64,000 bases of DNA from an uncultured virus (IMG/VR IMGVR_UViG_3300025705_000475) (lineage: Duplodnaviria; Heunggongvirae; Uroviricota; Caudoviricetes): IMG/VR virus record IMGVR_UViG_3300025705_000475; one strand, 5' to 3'. Shown in pieces: positions 1-11,170 of the stretch (position 1 is its first letter; each line of letters begins with the position of its first letter). Below the pieces are notes generated by a model. The model saw only the letters and a program-made list of their open reading frames with translations, searched no databases and was not told the origin of the DNA. Made by a program: the position numbers and the translations under genes.

Positions 1-687
1 TATACCGCCAATGTGACCGGCATTGGAGTTTTAAATTTATTGGAGTCAGTTAAATTAGTTAACCCAAATATTAAAATTTATCAAGCTTCATCATCAGAAA
101 TGTTTGGTAACACAATTGATGACGATGGGTTTCAAAGAGAAACGACACCAATGAATCCAGTTTCACCATATGGGTGTTCTAAAGTTTTTGCATATAATAT
201 TAGTAGAAACTATCGCAATTCGTATGGTATGTTTGTTTCAAATGGAATACTGTTCAATCATGAATCACCTAGAAGAGGTACTAATTTTGTAACTAATAAA
301 GTTGTTAAAACTGCAGTTGAGATAAAAATGGGGTTACGTAATGAATTATGTTTAGGTAATATGGAAGCAACAAGAGATTGGGGTCACGCCAAAGATTATG
401 TAGAGGCCATGTGGTTAATATTACAACAGGATTCACCTGATGATTATGTATGTTCTACAGGTATTTCTCATACAGTTCAAGACTTAGTTGATTATGTCTT
501 TAGAAAATTAGATTTAGACCCTATACTTTATATAAAACAAGATAGTAAGTATTTAAGGCCAGAAGAATTAAAAGACTTAAAGGGGGATAGTACTAAATTA
601 AAAAATTCCACAGGGTGGAAACCAAAATATAGTTTTGAAACTATGTTAGATGAAATGATTGAGTACTGGTTAAAAAAGTTAGATTAA
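1..687 (+). CDS. gmd: GDP-mannose 4,6-dehydratase (5' truncated by window edge)
   Basis: YQASSSEMFG, PxSPYGCSK (YxxxK), GILFNHESPRRG..FVTxK and RDWGHAKDYV motifs; frame is open from base 1. Confidence 0.93.
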   Translation, partial: YTANVTGIGVLNLLESVKLVNPNIKIYQASSSEMFGNTIDDDGFQRETTPMNPVSPYGCSKVFAYNISRNYRNSYGMFVSNGILFNHESPRRGTNFVTNKVVKTAVEIKMGLRNELCLGNMEATRDWGHAKDYVEAMWLILQQDSPDDYVCSTGISHTVQDLVDYVFRKLDLDPILYIKQDSKYLRPEELKDLKGDSTKLKNSTGWKPKYSFETMLDEMIEYWLKKLD

Positions 688-711
688 AATAAAAAAATTA
701 ACATTACGTAA

Positions 712-1419
712 ATGGCAAGAAAAGGAGAATCGGGTACACGAAAATTACCAAGAAAAGATTTAATAAATAAAATAATTAATAAAAATCCTAAACAAAAATT
801 TTTATCAGAAAGTCAAAAAGAATATCACGAAATATTAAAGGAGAGTGAAATAACAATATGTACAGGACCTGCGGGGGTGGGTAAATCATATATCGCAATG
901 AAAGCTGCGGTAGAACTTTTAATGGACCAAAATAACTCTTATGAAAAAATAATCATTGTTAGACCGGCAGTTGAAGCTGAGGAAAAATTAGGAGCATTAC
1001 CTGGTAATTTAGAAGAAAAACTAGACCCATATATTTTTCCATCGTATTACTTATTAAATAAAATTATAGGTAAAGAGGCTAGAGAAAAATTAAAAGAAAA
1101 TGATATTATAGAGGTTTTCGCTTTAGCTTATATGAGAGGTATGAACATTGATAACTCAATATTAATCTTTGAAGAGGCTCAGAATTCAACACCTTCTCAG
1201 ATGAAATTACTATTAACTAGAATAGGTTTTAATAGTAAATTTTTCATATCAGGCGATATTGACCAAACGGATAGATATAAAGATAAAACACAATCGGGGT
1301 TATACGATGCGACAATTAGATTTAAAAATTTAGACAAAGTTGGCACATATGATTTTAAAACAGACGATATCATCAGAAATCCTTTGATTAGTAAATTATT
1401 AGATAGATACGACACATGA
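712..1419 (+). CDS. phoH: PhoH-family ATPase
   Basis: GPAGVGKSY, RPAVEAEEKLGALPG, LAYMRG, EEAQN, LTRIG, GDIDQTD. Confidence 0.93.
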   Translation: MARKGESGTRKLPRKDLINKIINKNPKQKFLSESQKEYHEILKESEITICTGPAGVGKSYIAMKAAVELLMDQNNSYEKIIIVRPAVEAEEKLGALPGNLEEKLDPYIFPSYYLLNKIIGKEAREKLKENDIIEVFALAYMRGMNIDNSILIFEEAQNSTPSQMKLLLTRIGFNSKFFISGDIDQTDRYKDKTQSGLYDATIRFKNLDKVGTYDFKTDDIIRNPLISKLLDRYDT

Positions 1420-2066
1420 GAGTAGCATTTGATTTAAATGGTGTAATTAGAGACACTTTCACAAAGGCAGAACAATTATATCAAAAACATTATATTGATG
1501 AATTTGAGGACGAAAATAATTCTGTTTATAATGAAGAGACTGAAGAATTTGATAAAGTATTATCTGTCGATGACTTTAAATACGAATTAGATTTACCTGT
1601 AAAAAATTTAGACGATTTAATCAATCATTTTAAATTTAAAGATAAAGAAGATTTATTTGAATTCTTTTATATCGATTTTGCTATGCAAATTTTTGGTCAC
1701 TCACCATCTATAGATGGACCAACTTTTAATATTTTAAATGAAATATACGAAACTTTAAGAGACGACCATGAAGTACTAATAGTATCTGATGAAATCGGTA
1801 AGTCAAAACCAGCTACACTATTTTTTTTATCCAAGTATGGTTGTTTGGTTGAGAAAATAAAATTTTATTCTAACATTACAATAGATAGTATGTGGGATGA
1901 AGTTGATATACTAATTACTTCCAACCCAAATCATATTATAAACCAACCGAAAAATAAAACAGTTATTAAATGTACAACATCGTATAATGAAGATATTAAT
2001 TCAGAATACACCATCAACGATATTGGAGAATTTAAAGAACTATATAAACAATTAAAATTAAAATAA
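1416..2066 (+). CDS. HAD-like / 5'(3')-deoxyribonucleotidase-like protein
   Basis: N-terminal RVAFDLNGVIRD resembles HAD motif I (DxN variant). Confidence 0.5.
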   Translation: MRVAFDLNGVIRDTFTKAEQLYQKHYIDEFEDENNSVYNEETEEFDKVLSVDDFKYELDLPVKNLDDLINHFKFKDKEDLFEFFYIDFAMQIFGHSPSIDGPTFNILNEIYETLRDDHEVLIVSDEIGKSKPATLFFLSKYGCLVEKIKFYSNITIDSMWDEVDILITSNPNHIINQPKNKTVIKCTTSYNEDINSEYTINDIGEFKELYKQLKLK

Positions 2067-2383
2067 TGTTACAATTTTTAGAAGAAAACTATTATGTTGA
2101 CTTTATTGCTTTAGAAAAAGAGGTTAATATACCTAAAAATGAAGACGGTAAAGAATTAACCACTGAAAAAGAAACTGAAAAAATCTCTGAAGATAAATTT
2201 GCTCAACACATAAGTGTAGTGAAATTTGAAACAATAAAAATGATGTTAGAGGTCGTTTTAACTGAAAGAGAGGAAATAGACGATAACTTAGGTATACGTG
2301 CGGGAACTTCAAAGTCTTTAAGTATTCCCTTTAAAATTGCTTTTAATACATTATTAAGACACGGAATAATAAAATATATATAA
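2066..2383 (+). CDS. hypothetical protein
   Basis: 105-aa ORF, TAATG-coupled within the operon. Confidence 0.7.
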   Translation: MLQFLEENYYVDFIALEKEVNIPKNEDGKELTTEKETEKISEDKFAQHISVVKFETIKMMLEVVLTEREEIDDNLGIRAGTSKSLSIPFKIAFNTLLRHGIIKYI

Positions 2384-2386
2384 ATT

Positions 2387-3451
2387 ATGGATACAGAATT
2401 ATTAAAAAAAGTTGAACTATCGGTTCAACGATTAACGGATAAATCAGTAAGGATTTATTTTTTAACACAAGACACTAAAGGGAACGCTAAGGCTTCCGTA
2501 AGACAAACTTATGAAATCGCCTTAACCCTAAAAAATAATGGATTTAATCCAATAATCATTCATGAAACGAAAGAATATACGGGAGTTTCTGAATGGTTAG
2601 GTGAAGAGTATATGGAATTACCTCATGAAAGTATTGAAGGTGAAGATTTAAAGATTTCTCCTGAAGATTTTATTGTTGTACCTGAGATATACGGTCACGT
2701 ATTAGAGCAACTTGCTAAACTACCTTGCGGTAAAATTATCTCATGTCAGGCTTATGACCATATGTTAGAGACTTTACAACCTGGTACAACTTGGTCTCAA
2801 TACGGTTTCTTAAAGGCTATAACTACTAGTGAAAAACAAACAGAACTCGTTAAAGGTGTTATGAAGAATATTACATTTGATATTATACCTCCTTTTATTT
2901 CTGAAAAGTTTTCAGAGAAAGAAGTACCATCAAAACCAATTATTTCAATTCATACTCGTGACCAAAGGGACACTATGAAAATAATAAAAACTTTTTATTT
3001 AAAGTACCCACAATTTAGATGGGTTACATTTAGAGACATGAGAGGTCTTAATCAAGAACAGTTCGCAGAATACTTAAAAGATTCTTTTGTTTCTGTATGG
3101 GTAGATGATACATCATCAGTGGGGACATTCCCGATAGAATCAATGGCGAGTCGAACACCAGTAATCGGTAAAGTTCCAAATCTAAAACCTGATTGGATGA
3201 CAGAAAACAATGGTGTTTGGACATACGAATTAAATCAAATGACTGATATAATAGCTGAGTTCACTCAAAATTGGTTAGAGGATAATATTAATGATGATTT
3301 ATATAAGGCGGGTATTGAAACCTCCGATAAATTTAAAAATAGAGAAGAATTCGAATCAAATGTAGTTGGAACATTTTCAGGTTATTTAGAGACTAGAAAA
3401 ACTATATTCGAAACACAATTAGATAAACTAAAAGTAGAAGAAGAAAATTAA
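2387..3451 (+). CDS. glycosyltransferase, GT-B fold (GT4-like)
   Basis: IVVPEI and C-terminal GTFPIESMASRTPVIG (ExMAxGxPVI-like motif). Confidence 0.7.
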   Translation: MDTELLKKVELSVQRLTDKSVRIYFLTQDTKGNAKASVRQTYEIALTLKNNGFNPIIIHETKEYTGVSEWLGEEYMELPHESIEGEDLKISPEDFIVVPEIYGHVLEQLAKLPCGKIISCQAYDHMLETLQPGTTWSQYGFLKAITTSEKQTELVKGVMKNITFDIIPPFISEKFSEKEVPSKPIISIHTRDQRDTMKIIKTFYLKYPQFRWVTFRDMRGLNQEQFAEYLKDSFVSVWVDDTSSVGTFPIESMASRTPVIGKVPNLKPDWMTENNGVWTYELNQMTDIIAEFTQNWLEDNINDDLYKAGIETSDKFKNREEFESNVVGTFSGYLETRKTIFETQLDKLKVEEEN

Positions 3452-3456
3452 TAATT

Positions 3457-4263
3457 ATGGAAAATAAATTAAACGTATCAGTTATACTACCTATTAATTC
3501 TTCAAAAGTGAAAAACTTTGTTGAGTTCTTTAATAGTTGTATACTTTCAATAATAAAACAATCGACACCAATCGATGAGTTAGTTATTGTACATAGTGAT
3601 GAAGAGTCACTAAAAGAAGTAGTTCAAAACTTTGACTATAGTGGTCTAACAGTAAACTTAGTTGAAAATACAGGTGATGTTGATTTCTCATCTCAAGTAA
3701 ACTTAGGAGTTGAAAACGCTAAAAATGAATGGATTTCTTTATTAGAGTTTGATGATGAATATGCGTCAATATGGTTTAAAAATGTTAAACGATATATGGA
3801 AGCATACCCGAAAGTGTCAGGATTTTTACCATTAGTATTAGATGTAGATGAAAAAGGTGTTTTCGCTGGATTCACAAATGAGGCAACCTTTGCCGCTAAT
3901 ATGAATAGTGAGATTGGTTACTTAACTAATGAAGTTTTATTAAACTATCAAAATTTTCAAACAAGCGGAGTCGTACTTAAAAAATCAGTTTTTAAAGACT
4001 TTGGTGGATTTAAAAAATCCATGAAATTAACTTTTGTATATGAGTTCCTACTAAGGTTAAGTTATAATTCAGTAGAAATAATGACAATACCTAGAATTGG
4101 TTACAAACACATGAACATGAGAGAAGGTTCAATTTTTTGGAATTACAAGTTTGGTGAGAAAAAAATATCTGAAGACGAAGTTGCGTTTTGGATTGACTCA
4201 GCAAAAAAAGAACATTTTTTTATTGAAGATAGGGACATAAACTATCAAGCAATAGATGTTTAA
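3457..4263 (+). CDS. glycosyltransferase family 2
   Basis: VSVILPI start, NLGVENAKNEWISLLEFDDEY (DxD region), FKDFGGF. Confidence 0.8.
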   Translation: MENKLNVSVILPINSSKVKNFVEFFNSCILSIIKQSTPIDELVIVHSDEESLKEVVQNFDYSGLTVNLVENTGDVDFSSQVNLGVENAKNEWISLLEFDDEYASIWFKNVKRYMEAYPKVSGFLPLVLDVDEKGVFAGFTNEATFAANMNSEIGYLTNEVLLNYQNFQTSGVVLKKSVFKDFGGFKKSMKLTFVYEFLLRLSYNSVEIMTIPRIGYKHMNMREGSIFWNYKFGEKKISEDEVAFWIDSAKKEHFFIEDRDINYQAIDV

Positions 4264-5066
4264 TGTTAATAGAACCAAAAAGTGCAACTACAACTAATAA
4301 CGATTCAAATAATGTAGTAGTTTCAGGTCAAACTGAAACTCCTGAAGTAACTGAAAAGAAAAAAAGAGGTAGAAAACCAACAACAAATAATTATTTTGCG
4401 GAAAGAGAAGAGAGGGCAGTTAGATTATTTTTAACTGCCTCTACTTTTACTGAAAAAAATAAAATCTATGATGAATATCTAAGAGCACCTTTAGATAAAA
4501 TGATTGAATCAATCATTAGAAGATATAAACTTTATAGAAAGGGGATGGAATTTCGTGAAATTAATCATGACACCCACTCTTTTTTAATTACAAAGGTTGA
4601 AAAATTTAAACCTGAAAAAGGTAAAAAAGCATACTCTTATTTTGGTACGATATGTAAGAACTACCTGATGGGTATGATTATTAAAGACCAAAAAGAACAA
4701 AATAGAAAAATATCATATGAAGATATAACTACTAAATTAGAAAGTAGACCTGATATGATTTACTACCTTGAAAATGAAAAGATAGAAGCGACAGATGTAA
4801 TTAAAAGTTTTATAAAGGAACTTAATGATTATATAGAAAATACCGATTTAAATAATAACGAATTAAAGTTAGGATATGCTTTGATGGAGTTATTTGAGAA
4901 CTATAACAATATTTTTATAGGGACCGACAATAATAAATTTAATAAAAATATAATACTACTATCTCTACGTGATATGACAAATATGTCCACTAAGGAAATA
5001 AGAACATCAATGAGAAAGTATAAGAAATTATATTATGAGTTGACAAATAAATTACATAATCTATAA
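4263..5066 (+). CDS. putative phage sigma factor (T4 gp55-like, late transcription)
   Basis: KFKPEKGKKAYSYFGTICKNYL resembles sigma region 2 (F-x-P-E-K..AYF) of gp55/ECF sigmas. Confidence 0.55.
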   Translation: MLIEPKSATTTNNDSNNVVVSGQTETPEVTEKKKRGRKPTTNNYFAEREERAVRLFLTASTFTEKNKIYDEYLRAPLDKMIESIIRRYKLYRKGMEFREINHDTHSFLITKVEKFKPEKGKKAYSYFGTICKNYLMGMIIKDQKEQNRKISYEDITTKLESRPDMIYYLENEKIEATDVIKSFIKELNDYIENTDLNNNELKLGYALMELFENYNNIFIGTDNNKFNKNIILLSLRDMTNMSTKEIRTSMRKYKKLYYELTNKLHNL

Positions 5067-5096
5067 AAAAATTATTCTGTAAATATTTATAACATT

Positions 5097-5471
5097 ATGG
5101 CGAGACCTAAAAAAAAAGAAATAGTATTAAGTAAAGACTCAGTTCTTTCACTTATGCAAGAAATTTACAATGAACTTGTAGAACAAAGAGCGACGGCCAT
5201 AAGAATACAAAATAAAATGTTGGCGATGTTAAAGGACCCTGAGGATATGACCGTTATTGGGCCTGTTATCAAAGAACAACAAAAAATCGTAAATGATACT
5301 ATAGAAAAAAAACTATCACTTTCTAAGTTACAGTCAACAATATGGGAAAAAACTAATAATACCTCAAGTGAGGAATTTAGTTTATCTGAAATTGATGATG
5401 ACACATTACAAACCTTAATACAACAAGATTTAAACAGTGGTGACAAGAAGGACGGTTATAAACTTGATTAA
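5097..5471 (+). CDS. hypothetical protein (late)
   Basis: 124-aa ORF preceded by TATTTATA. Confidence 0.7.
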   Translation: MARPKKKEIVLSKDSVLSLMQEIYNELVEQRATAIRIQNKMLAMLKDPEDMTVIGPVIKEQQKIVNDTIEKKLSLSKLQSTIWEKTNNTSSEEFSLSEIDDDTLQTLIQQDLNSGDKKDGYKLD

Positions 5472-5482
5472 AAATAACCATT

Positions 5483-7447
5483 ATGTCGATAAAAGATAAG
5501 TTTAAACAGGCTAGTTCTAAAGTAGATGCCTACAAATCCACTATTGATACTGCGGTTAATCAAGAAAAACTACAAAAAATATCTGACGGTTTAGATAGTA
5601 ACTTTCAAAACGCAAAAAGTGAGGCCCTAAAGCAATTAAACGCTATGGGGGATATCAAACAAAGAGCACAACAAGAAATTGAAAACGTATTTGATGAATT
5701 AACTAAGTTATTCAAAAAAACTATGCCTAGTGGTAAAAACACAGGTTCTTCCACTATCGATTTCCTAATAAAGCAAGTTTTAATGGCCAGCGAAAACACT
5801 AAATCCAGAATGGGTGAGATTGTTGCTGAGGAGGTATTGAAAGTTGCGGGTTGTTCAGAAGAACAGGAGTTTAATACTCAACCACTTTACATACCAGTTA
5901 ACGATATTGATTTAAGGGAATTATTAAAAAATGACCCCTCATCCAAACCATGGATATTTAGATATGAAAAAGACGCAATAAATGTCGGTTCTCAACCATT
6001 TTCAATGGATAAGGAACTTTATAATAGACTTCAGAATGAAGGAGTACCATTTACCGCCGAATACGGTAGTAGTTATATTGGTGCGTCAGGAGCTGGTATT
6101 TTTGATATAAAGTATGTAACACAATACCCCGACCCTAGTACAGGAACACCTATTTTTGGTGATTTTTACGAGGTAACATTAGCCAATAGATTAAATGGTG
6201 ATAATTTAGGTGATTTCTTAAGAGATTATTACGGTTCCATAGATATAGTTAATTTTAATATGATATCGGTAGAAATCATGAATATGTTAACTAACATTAT
6301 TGATATTTCGGGTGGTATTTCTGTTAATCAAAAAGAAGAACAGACTAAGTTTGAAAAAATATTACAAAGAATATTAGGTCTTTGTTTTGATAGTAATAGA
6401 GAAATTGATGTTCAGGGTACCGCTAAGTTAGGTCAATTAGATAATATAGACCCATCATTTTTTGAAATGTCCCCACTTGATTTAAAAAATATTGAGATTG
6501 AAGTTAATAATATGATTCAGGGAGTTACCGAGTTCACTGACTGTAATAATGTCAAATTACCCGTCAATACTGAGTCACTATTAGATTCAATGGCTCAACT
6601 CATTAATGACGATGTTGGTAATGCCGGTCAAAACGCAGATAACTTAATGGGTTTAGTCAACAATATGGCTAAAGACCAAGATTGGAAACTCAATATACCA
6701 TCGAATATTGATTTAAATTTAAATGTCGCGATTAATAATGATTTTTTAAAGATTATCCCAAAGGCTGTGATGTTCTCTATCTTAAGACCAAAAATGTTAT
6801 TAGGGTTACAAATTGTAATGAAGTCAGTTAATCCAAATTTTGCTAATATATTGGCATTAAGTAACTTAGAGTCATTTATTAAAACGTTTGGTAAATTTAT
6901 GACAGAAATGTTAAGTAAAATCGCAGCAATATTTGTTGAAGAATTATTCATTTTATTAAAAAAGAACTTAAGATTATTGGTGGAAACATTACTTGTTGAG
7001 ATAGTTAAAGAGGCCAAAAATAAACAGGCGGCCATGATTGCCGGAGTTATATTTTTAATAATCCAATTAGTTCAGGGTTTTATTGATTATAGAGAATGTA
7101 AAAGTTTAGTTGATGAAATATTAAAATTATTGAATTTAGGGGCAGCGGCAACGGGTATATCTTTACCTTCTTTTGCTTTGGCGGCTAGTTCATTATTAGG
7201 TGGTTTTTCACCCACAAGAGCAATGACGGAAGTAACGGAAAGACTCCAATCAATTGGAATACCAACAGGTGACCTTCCAAGTGGGTCGGCAAATATTGCT
7301 ATGCCTGCGATATTTCAACAGATAAAAGGTACTTACCAAGAGCAATTAGCAAATGGTAAGGTCGAAGTTTGGGTACCACCGTTAGCGGTACCACCCGTAG
7401 TTGCGGGTCTTACCGCTCCGGCAAAGGCATCAGGAAAATCATATTAA
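5483..7447 (+). CDS. hypothetical, probable virion/baseplate protein
   Basis: 654-aa ORF in the late operon upstream of the spike gene. Confidence 0.6.
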   Translation: MSIKDKFKQASSKVDAYKSTIDTAVNQEKLQKISDGLDSNFQNAKSEALKQLNAMGDIKQRAQQEIENVFDELTKLFKKTMPSGKNTGSSTIDFLIKQVLMASENTKSRMGEIVAEEVLKVAGCSEEQEFNTQPLYIPVNDIDLRELLKNDPSSKPWIFRYEKDAINVGSQPFSMDKELYNRLQNEGVPFTAEYGSSYIGASGAGIFDIKYVTQYPDPSTGTPIFGDFYEVTLANRLNGDNLGDFLRDYYGSIDIVNFNMISVEIMNMLTNIIDISGGISVNQKEEQTKFEKILQRILGLCFDSNREIDVQGTAKLGQLDNIDPSFFEMSPLDLKNIEIEVNNMIQGVTEFTDCNNVKLPVNTESLLDSMAQLINDDVGNAGQNADNLMGLVNNMAKDQDWKLNIPSNIDLNLNVAINNDFLKIIPKAVMFSILRPKMLLGLQIVMKSVNPNFANILALSNLESFIKTFGKFMTEMLSKIAAIFVEELFILLKKNLRLLVETLLVEIVKEAKNKQAAMIAGVIFLIIQLVQGFIDYRECKSLVDEILKLLNLGAAATGISLPSFALAASSLLGGFSPTRAMTEVTERLQSIGIPTGDLPSGSANIAMPAIFQQIKGTYQEQLANGKVEVWVPPLAVPPVVAGLTAPAKASGKSY

Positions 7448-7448
7448 T

Positions 7449-7646
7449 ATGGATGAAAATAAAATAACAAAAATACTATTAGAGTATAAAAACAGTTCCA
7501 ATAAAGATTTAATCGAAGCGATGGATTTTGTACAAAATGATTTTGAGGAAACTAAAACGAATATTATTAAATTAACTCGTCATTTAGATAGTACTGAAAT
7601 AATATATAATAAAATTTTAAACGAGTATAAAAAAAGAACTAAGTAA
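7449..7646 (+). CDS. small coiled-coil hypothetical protein
   Basis: ATG at 7449 directly after the upstream stop; TAATG-coupled to the next gene. Confidence 0.6.
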   Translation: MDENKITKILLEYKNSSNKDLIEAMDFVQNDFEETKTNIIKLTRHLDSTEIIYNKILNEYKKRTK

Positions 7647-9211
7647 TGGCTGATATACCATATAATAATAGAATAATATATGTAGGTGAATGTATTGATA
7701 ATATTGACCCGATGGGGTTGGGTCGTATTCGTGCCGTACTAAAAACTGAAAACACCGCAGATAGGGAAAAAAGTGTTGCAGATACTGTAGGTGTTGTAGA
7801 AAAATGGACATCTAGAGACCCATTTGTTATTAGACCATTACTACCTGTCTTCATAAATACCGCACCTAAAAATGGTGAATTTGTTCATTTAATTTATTCT
7901 AACTCTGACGATAAATCTAATAAAGATAAGTTTTATATTTCAGGTGTTTTTTCCTCTTTAACAAACGTAAAACAAGAACCTTATAATTCGGCGGTTAGTA
8001 ATAGTAATTTAGGTAGTAGAAATAAACAACAGAAACAACTACGTAACCCAAACACAGGAATTGTATTTGAATCATCTAATAAAGGAGTTTATTCTGAGCC
8101 AGACGACATATCTATTGATGGTAGAGGAAGTGCCGATATTGTTGTTAAAGAAAATACCGTATTATTAAGAGCAGGTAAATATAATGGTCAACCTAGCCCA
8201 AATATTTACCCTGTGGGTAATAATAATAGGTCATTCTTACAACTTAGTAAATTTAATAAAAAGACGGTATACGGTGAGGCTGAAAAACTTTATAAGTTTA
8301 AGTATAGACATAAAGAAATTAAAGTTTTAGTAGAATACAATGTTATAAATCCTGATAATAGTTCAAATGCATTTACAGGCGGAATCTATATTTATACTTT
8401 AACTCCTAACCAAGGAGATGGAAGAATCGGTACTGAAAATTTTGGTTTAACTTCAGATGTCGAAGATATCAAGAATCTATACCAAAAGTTTGATTTTATA
8501 GGATTAACATCTGAGGTTCTGACACGTTTAATTAATAAAATAATTAACGGTGTTGCAGAAAAATTGGTACCTGATTTATCACCTATAACTACATCAGTTA
8601 AACCTTTAGGTCCTTTTAGATTAAGAGGTGGTGCGGATTCAACTTACCCAATTTATTTCAGACCTCAACCAAGTATGTATAATAAATTATCTAGTGAAAC
8701 ATCACAAACTATCTCCAAACTTAATATCGCTAATTTAATGGCGGGAATTAAGGCTATTCCTTCGGACTTAACTGCTGGTTATGGATTAATCTATGACCAG
8801 TCAAAAAGAGGTGATGTACCTTTTACTCCTGAAAAAAATGAAATAATTCCTGAAAAAGAAATATTATTAAATAATACCGCATCTATAATGGGTGGTGATT
8901 ATGTTTATTTACTTTCACACAAATCAATCAAAACAAGTACTGGTAAAGTAAACTTATCTGACACTTTATACGGTATTGAAGAATACACACTTTCAGATGA
9001 GATTGAACCAAAAACATCGTCAACCGTTAGGGGTGAGGAATTAGTTGAACTTTTAAACCTTGTGGTACAGTTCGTTATCGGACATGTTCATCCGTATCAT
9101 GGTATGGTACCAGACTCTACTTCAGTTAATGGTGTGACTGCCGACAAACTATTAGAAGAACTAAGAAATGCAAATCAAAAGATACTAAATAAGTATATTC
9201 GTATAAACTAA
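7646..9211 (+). CDS. baseplate central spike/hub (gp5/VgrG-like)
   Basis: N-terminal GECIDNIDPMGLGRIRA (gp5 OB-fold motif) and C-terminal HVHPYHG (HxH metal-binding tip). Confidence 0.65.
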   Translation: MADIPYNNRIIYVGECIDNIDPMGLGRIRAVLKTENTADREKSVADTVGVVEKWTSRDPFVIRPLLPVFINTAPKNGEFVHLIYSNSDDKSNKDKFYISGVFSSLTNVKQEPYNSAVSNSNLGSRNKQQKQLRNPNTGIVFESSNKGVYSEPDDISIDGRGSADIVVKENTVLLRAGKYNGQPSPNIYPVGNNNRSFLQLSKFNKKTVYGEAEKLYKFKYRHKEIKVLVEYNVINPDNSSNAFTGGIYIYTLTPNQGDGRIGTENFGLTSDVEDIKNLYQKFDFIGLTSEVLTRLINKIINGVAEKLVPDLSPITTSVKPLGPFRLRGGADSTYPIYFRPQPSMYNKLSSETSQTISKLNIANLMAGIKAIPSDLTAGYGLIYDQSKRGDVPFTPEKNEIIPEKEILLNNTASIMGGDYVYLLSHKSIKTSTGKVNLSDTLYGIEEYTLSDEIEPKTSSTVRGEELVELLNLVVQFVIGHVHPYHGMVPDSTSVNGVTADKLLEELRNANQKILNKYIRIN

Positions 9212-9233
9212 GTATTTATATTAAAAAGAGTTT

Positions 9234-10697
9234 ATGTCTACTTATAAATCATATTTTAATAGAAACACAACTATTGTTTCAAATTCATACGCAAATACAG
9301 GTAGAAACCCTATATGTGAACTATTCTTTGGTGGGGTAGATAATGTAATCACTCCAAAAGGGTTTAGTCGTTTTTTATTCGATATTGAATTATCAGGAAT
9401 AACTGAGCAAATTTATAATGGGGTTATTTCTACAGGTTGTTCAAAGAATATGAAACACATTCTTACTATGACCAATACATCATCATTTGATTTAGAACTA
9501 TTAAATGACACTTGGTCTAATGGAAGAAGAAGAGCAACTTCTTTTGATTTAGTATTATTTAGAATACCTAAAGTTTCAGGAACCACAGGTACTATTCAGT
9601 TGTGGGATGAAGGTGTAGGATACGATTACTACGATTTTACTGAATTACCTACAGACAAAGCCTACTCAAGTAGACCAACTAATTGGTACGAATCTCAAAC
9701 CATTTCAAATTGGTCAGTACCCGGAGTGTATGATAATTTAAATACTAATTCAAGTTCGGGTTTAAATTTCTCAGGTTTAACCATTATCGATACTCAACAT
9801 TTTGAATTTGGTAATGAGGATATTAAATTTGATATGACTCAAGAGATAAACGATATATTAACAGGAGCAACTACCGGAGTCGCTGGATGGGGAGTGGCAT
9901 ATTATCCTCAAGTTGAAAATATTACAGGATTAACTGAAAACTATTCGGTCGGATTTTTTACAAGACACACTCAAACTTTTTATGAGCCATATTTAGAAAC
10001 CACGTATGATGACTTAATACAAGACGATAGAAATATTTTTTATGAAAATAAAGAAAATAGGTTATATCTCTATAGTTACCAATTTGGTAACCCTCAAAAT
10101 TTTGACGAATTACCGTCTGTAGATATTATGGATATGAATGGTTCAATAATATTTTTAGATTTACCGACCTGTCAAATAACTAATGGGGTATATGAAGTTA
10201 TAGTACCACCATTAACATCATCAAGTATACCATGTATGATGTATGATACTTGGAAAAATTTAAAGATTAATGGAGTTAATATCTCTAATCAAACTAATGA
10301 ATTTGTAGTTAATGACTTATCGGAGTTATATCAAATTGGTTCAACAACGAATGACCCTTCATTATATGGTTTTGATTTCTTCGGTATTAAACAAGATGAA
10401 AAAATATTAGGACCAGATGTACGTAAAGTTAATGTTATAATTAAAAAGGCTTACACTACGAATGAAGTGCTAAATAAAGTTAACGCCTATTATAGGGTAT
10501 ATGTTAGAGAAGGTAAAACTGAAGTCCAAGTTCAAGATTGGACACAGTTAAACAGAACGCCAGACAGTCACTATTTTATTTTTAATACTGAAGATAAAAT
10601 ACCTAACGAATATTTTATCGATATAAAAGTATTGACGGATAGAGAGATTAATACCTATAAAAGAGAATTAAAGTTTCAAATAGTTAATAGAAAATGA
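9234..10697 (+). CDS. probable virion structural protein
   Basis: Beta-rich, Thr/Gly-rich 487 aa; TATTTATA upstream; next to the spike gene. Confidence 0.55.
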   Translation: MSTYKSYFNRNTTIVSNSYANTGRNPICELFFGGVDNVITPKGFSRFLFDIELSGITEQIYNGVISTGCSKNMKHILTMTNTSSFDLELLNDTWSNGRRRATSFDLVLFRIPKVSGTTGTIQLWDEGVGYDYYDFTELPTDKAYSSRPTNWYESQTISNWSVPGVYDNLNTNSSSGLNFSGLTIIDTQHFEFGNEDIKFDMTQEINDILTGATTGVAGWGVAYYPQVENITGLTENYSVGFFTRHTQTFYEPYLETTYDDLIQDDRNIFYENKENRLYLYSYQFGNPQNFDELPSVDIMDMNGSIIFLDLPTCQITNGVYEVIVPPLTSSSIPCMMYDTWKNLKINGVNISNQTNEFVVNDLSELYQIGSTTNDPSLYGFDFFGIKQDEKILGPDVRKVNVIIKKAYTTNEVLNKVNAYYRVYVREGKTEVQVQDWTQLNRTPDSHYFIFNTEDKIPNEYFIDIKVLTDREINTYKRELKFQIVNRK

Positions 10698-10930
10698 GAA
10701 AAATATCGATAACTGAGAACCAACTTATCGAAATAATTACACGAGTAATTAACGAAAAGAAGAAAAAGAAAAAGAAGGACACTACTTTATGTTCTAGAGG
10801 TAAAAACGCCGCGAAGGCGAAATATGATGTATATCCATCGGCATATGCTAACGGTTATGCGGTCCAAGTGTGTAAAGGTAAAATGCCAGGATTAGATGGT
10901 AAAAAAAGATGTTCAGGTAAATATTGTTAG
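10694..10930 (+). CDS. small basic Cys-containing protein with N-terminal leader
   Basis: MRKISITENQLIEIITRVINE leader followed by LCSRG...YPSAYANGYAVQVCKG. Confidence 0.65.
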   Translation: MRKISITENQLIEIITRVINEKKKKKKKDTTLCSRGKNAAKAKYDVYPSAYANGYAVQVCKGKMPGLDGKKRCSGKYC

Positions 10931-10946
10931 ATTAAAAAATAATTTG

Positions 10947-10954
10947 TATATTTG
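10947..10954 (+). promoter_or_regulatory. Bacteroidota sigmaA -7 element TAnnTTTG (representative). Other copies: + at 32426, 35532, 37371, 37860, 45528, 52729, 62796; - at 54809-54816, 56662-56669
   Basis: TATATTTG/TATCTTTG recurring just upstream of gene starts in intergenic DNA. Confidence 0.75.
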
Positions 10955-10972
10955 TAATATATAAAAAAAATA

Positions 10973-11170
10973 ATGTATCGAAATACAACTTATCATTTTG
11001 TTAAAATTGTTAATGGGGAAGAAAAACTCATTATAGAAACCGAGTCTTCTTGTTTAGAAAGGGCTTTAGATTATTTCTACCTAATGGTACCTAAGGCTTA
11101 TGGGGATAAGAGATATACCATTAGAATTAAAAAAGATAATATTAGAAACGTTGCCAGTGAATGGGACTAA
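10973..11170 (+). CDS. hypothetical protein
   Basis: 65-aa ORF downstream of a TATATTTG promoter. Confidence 0.55.
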   Translation: MYRNTTYHFVKIVNGEEKLIIETESSCLERALDYFYLMVPKAYGDKRYTIRIKKDNIRNVASEWD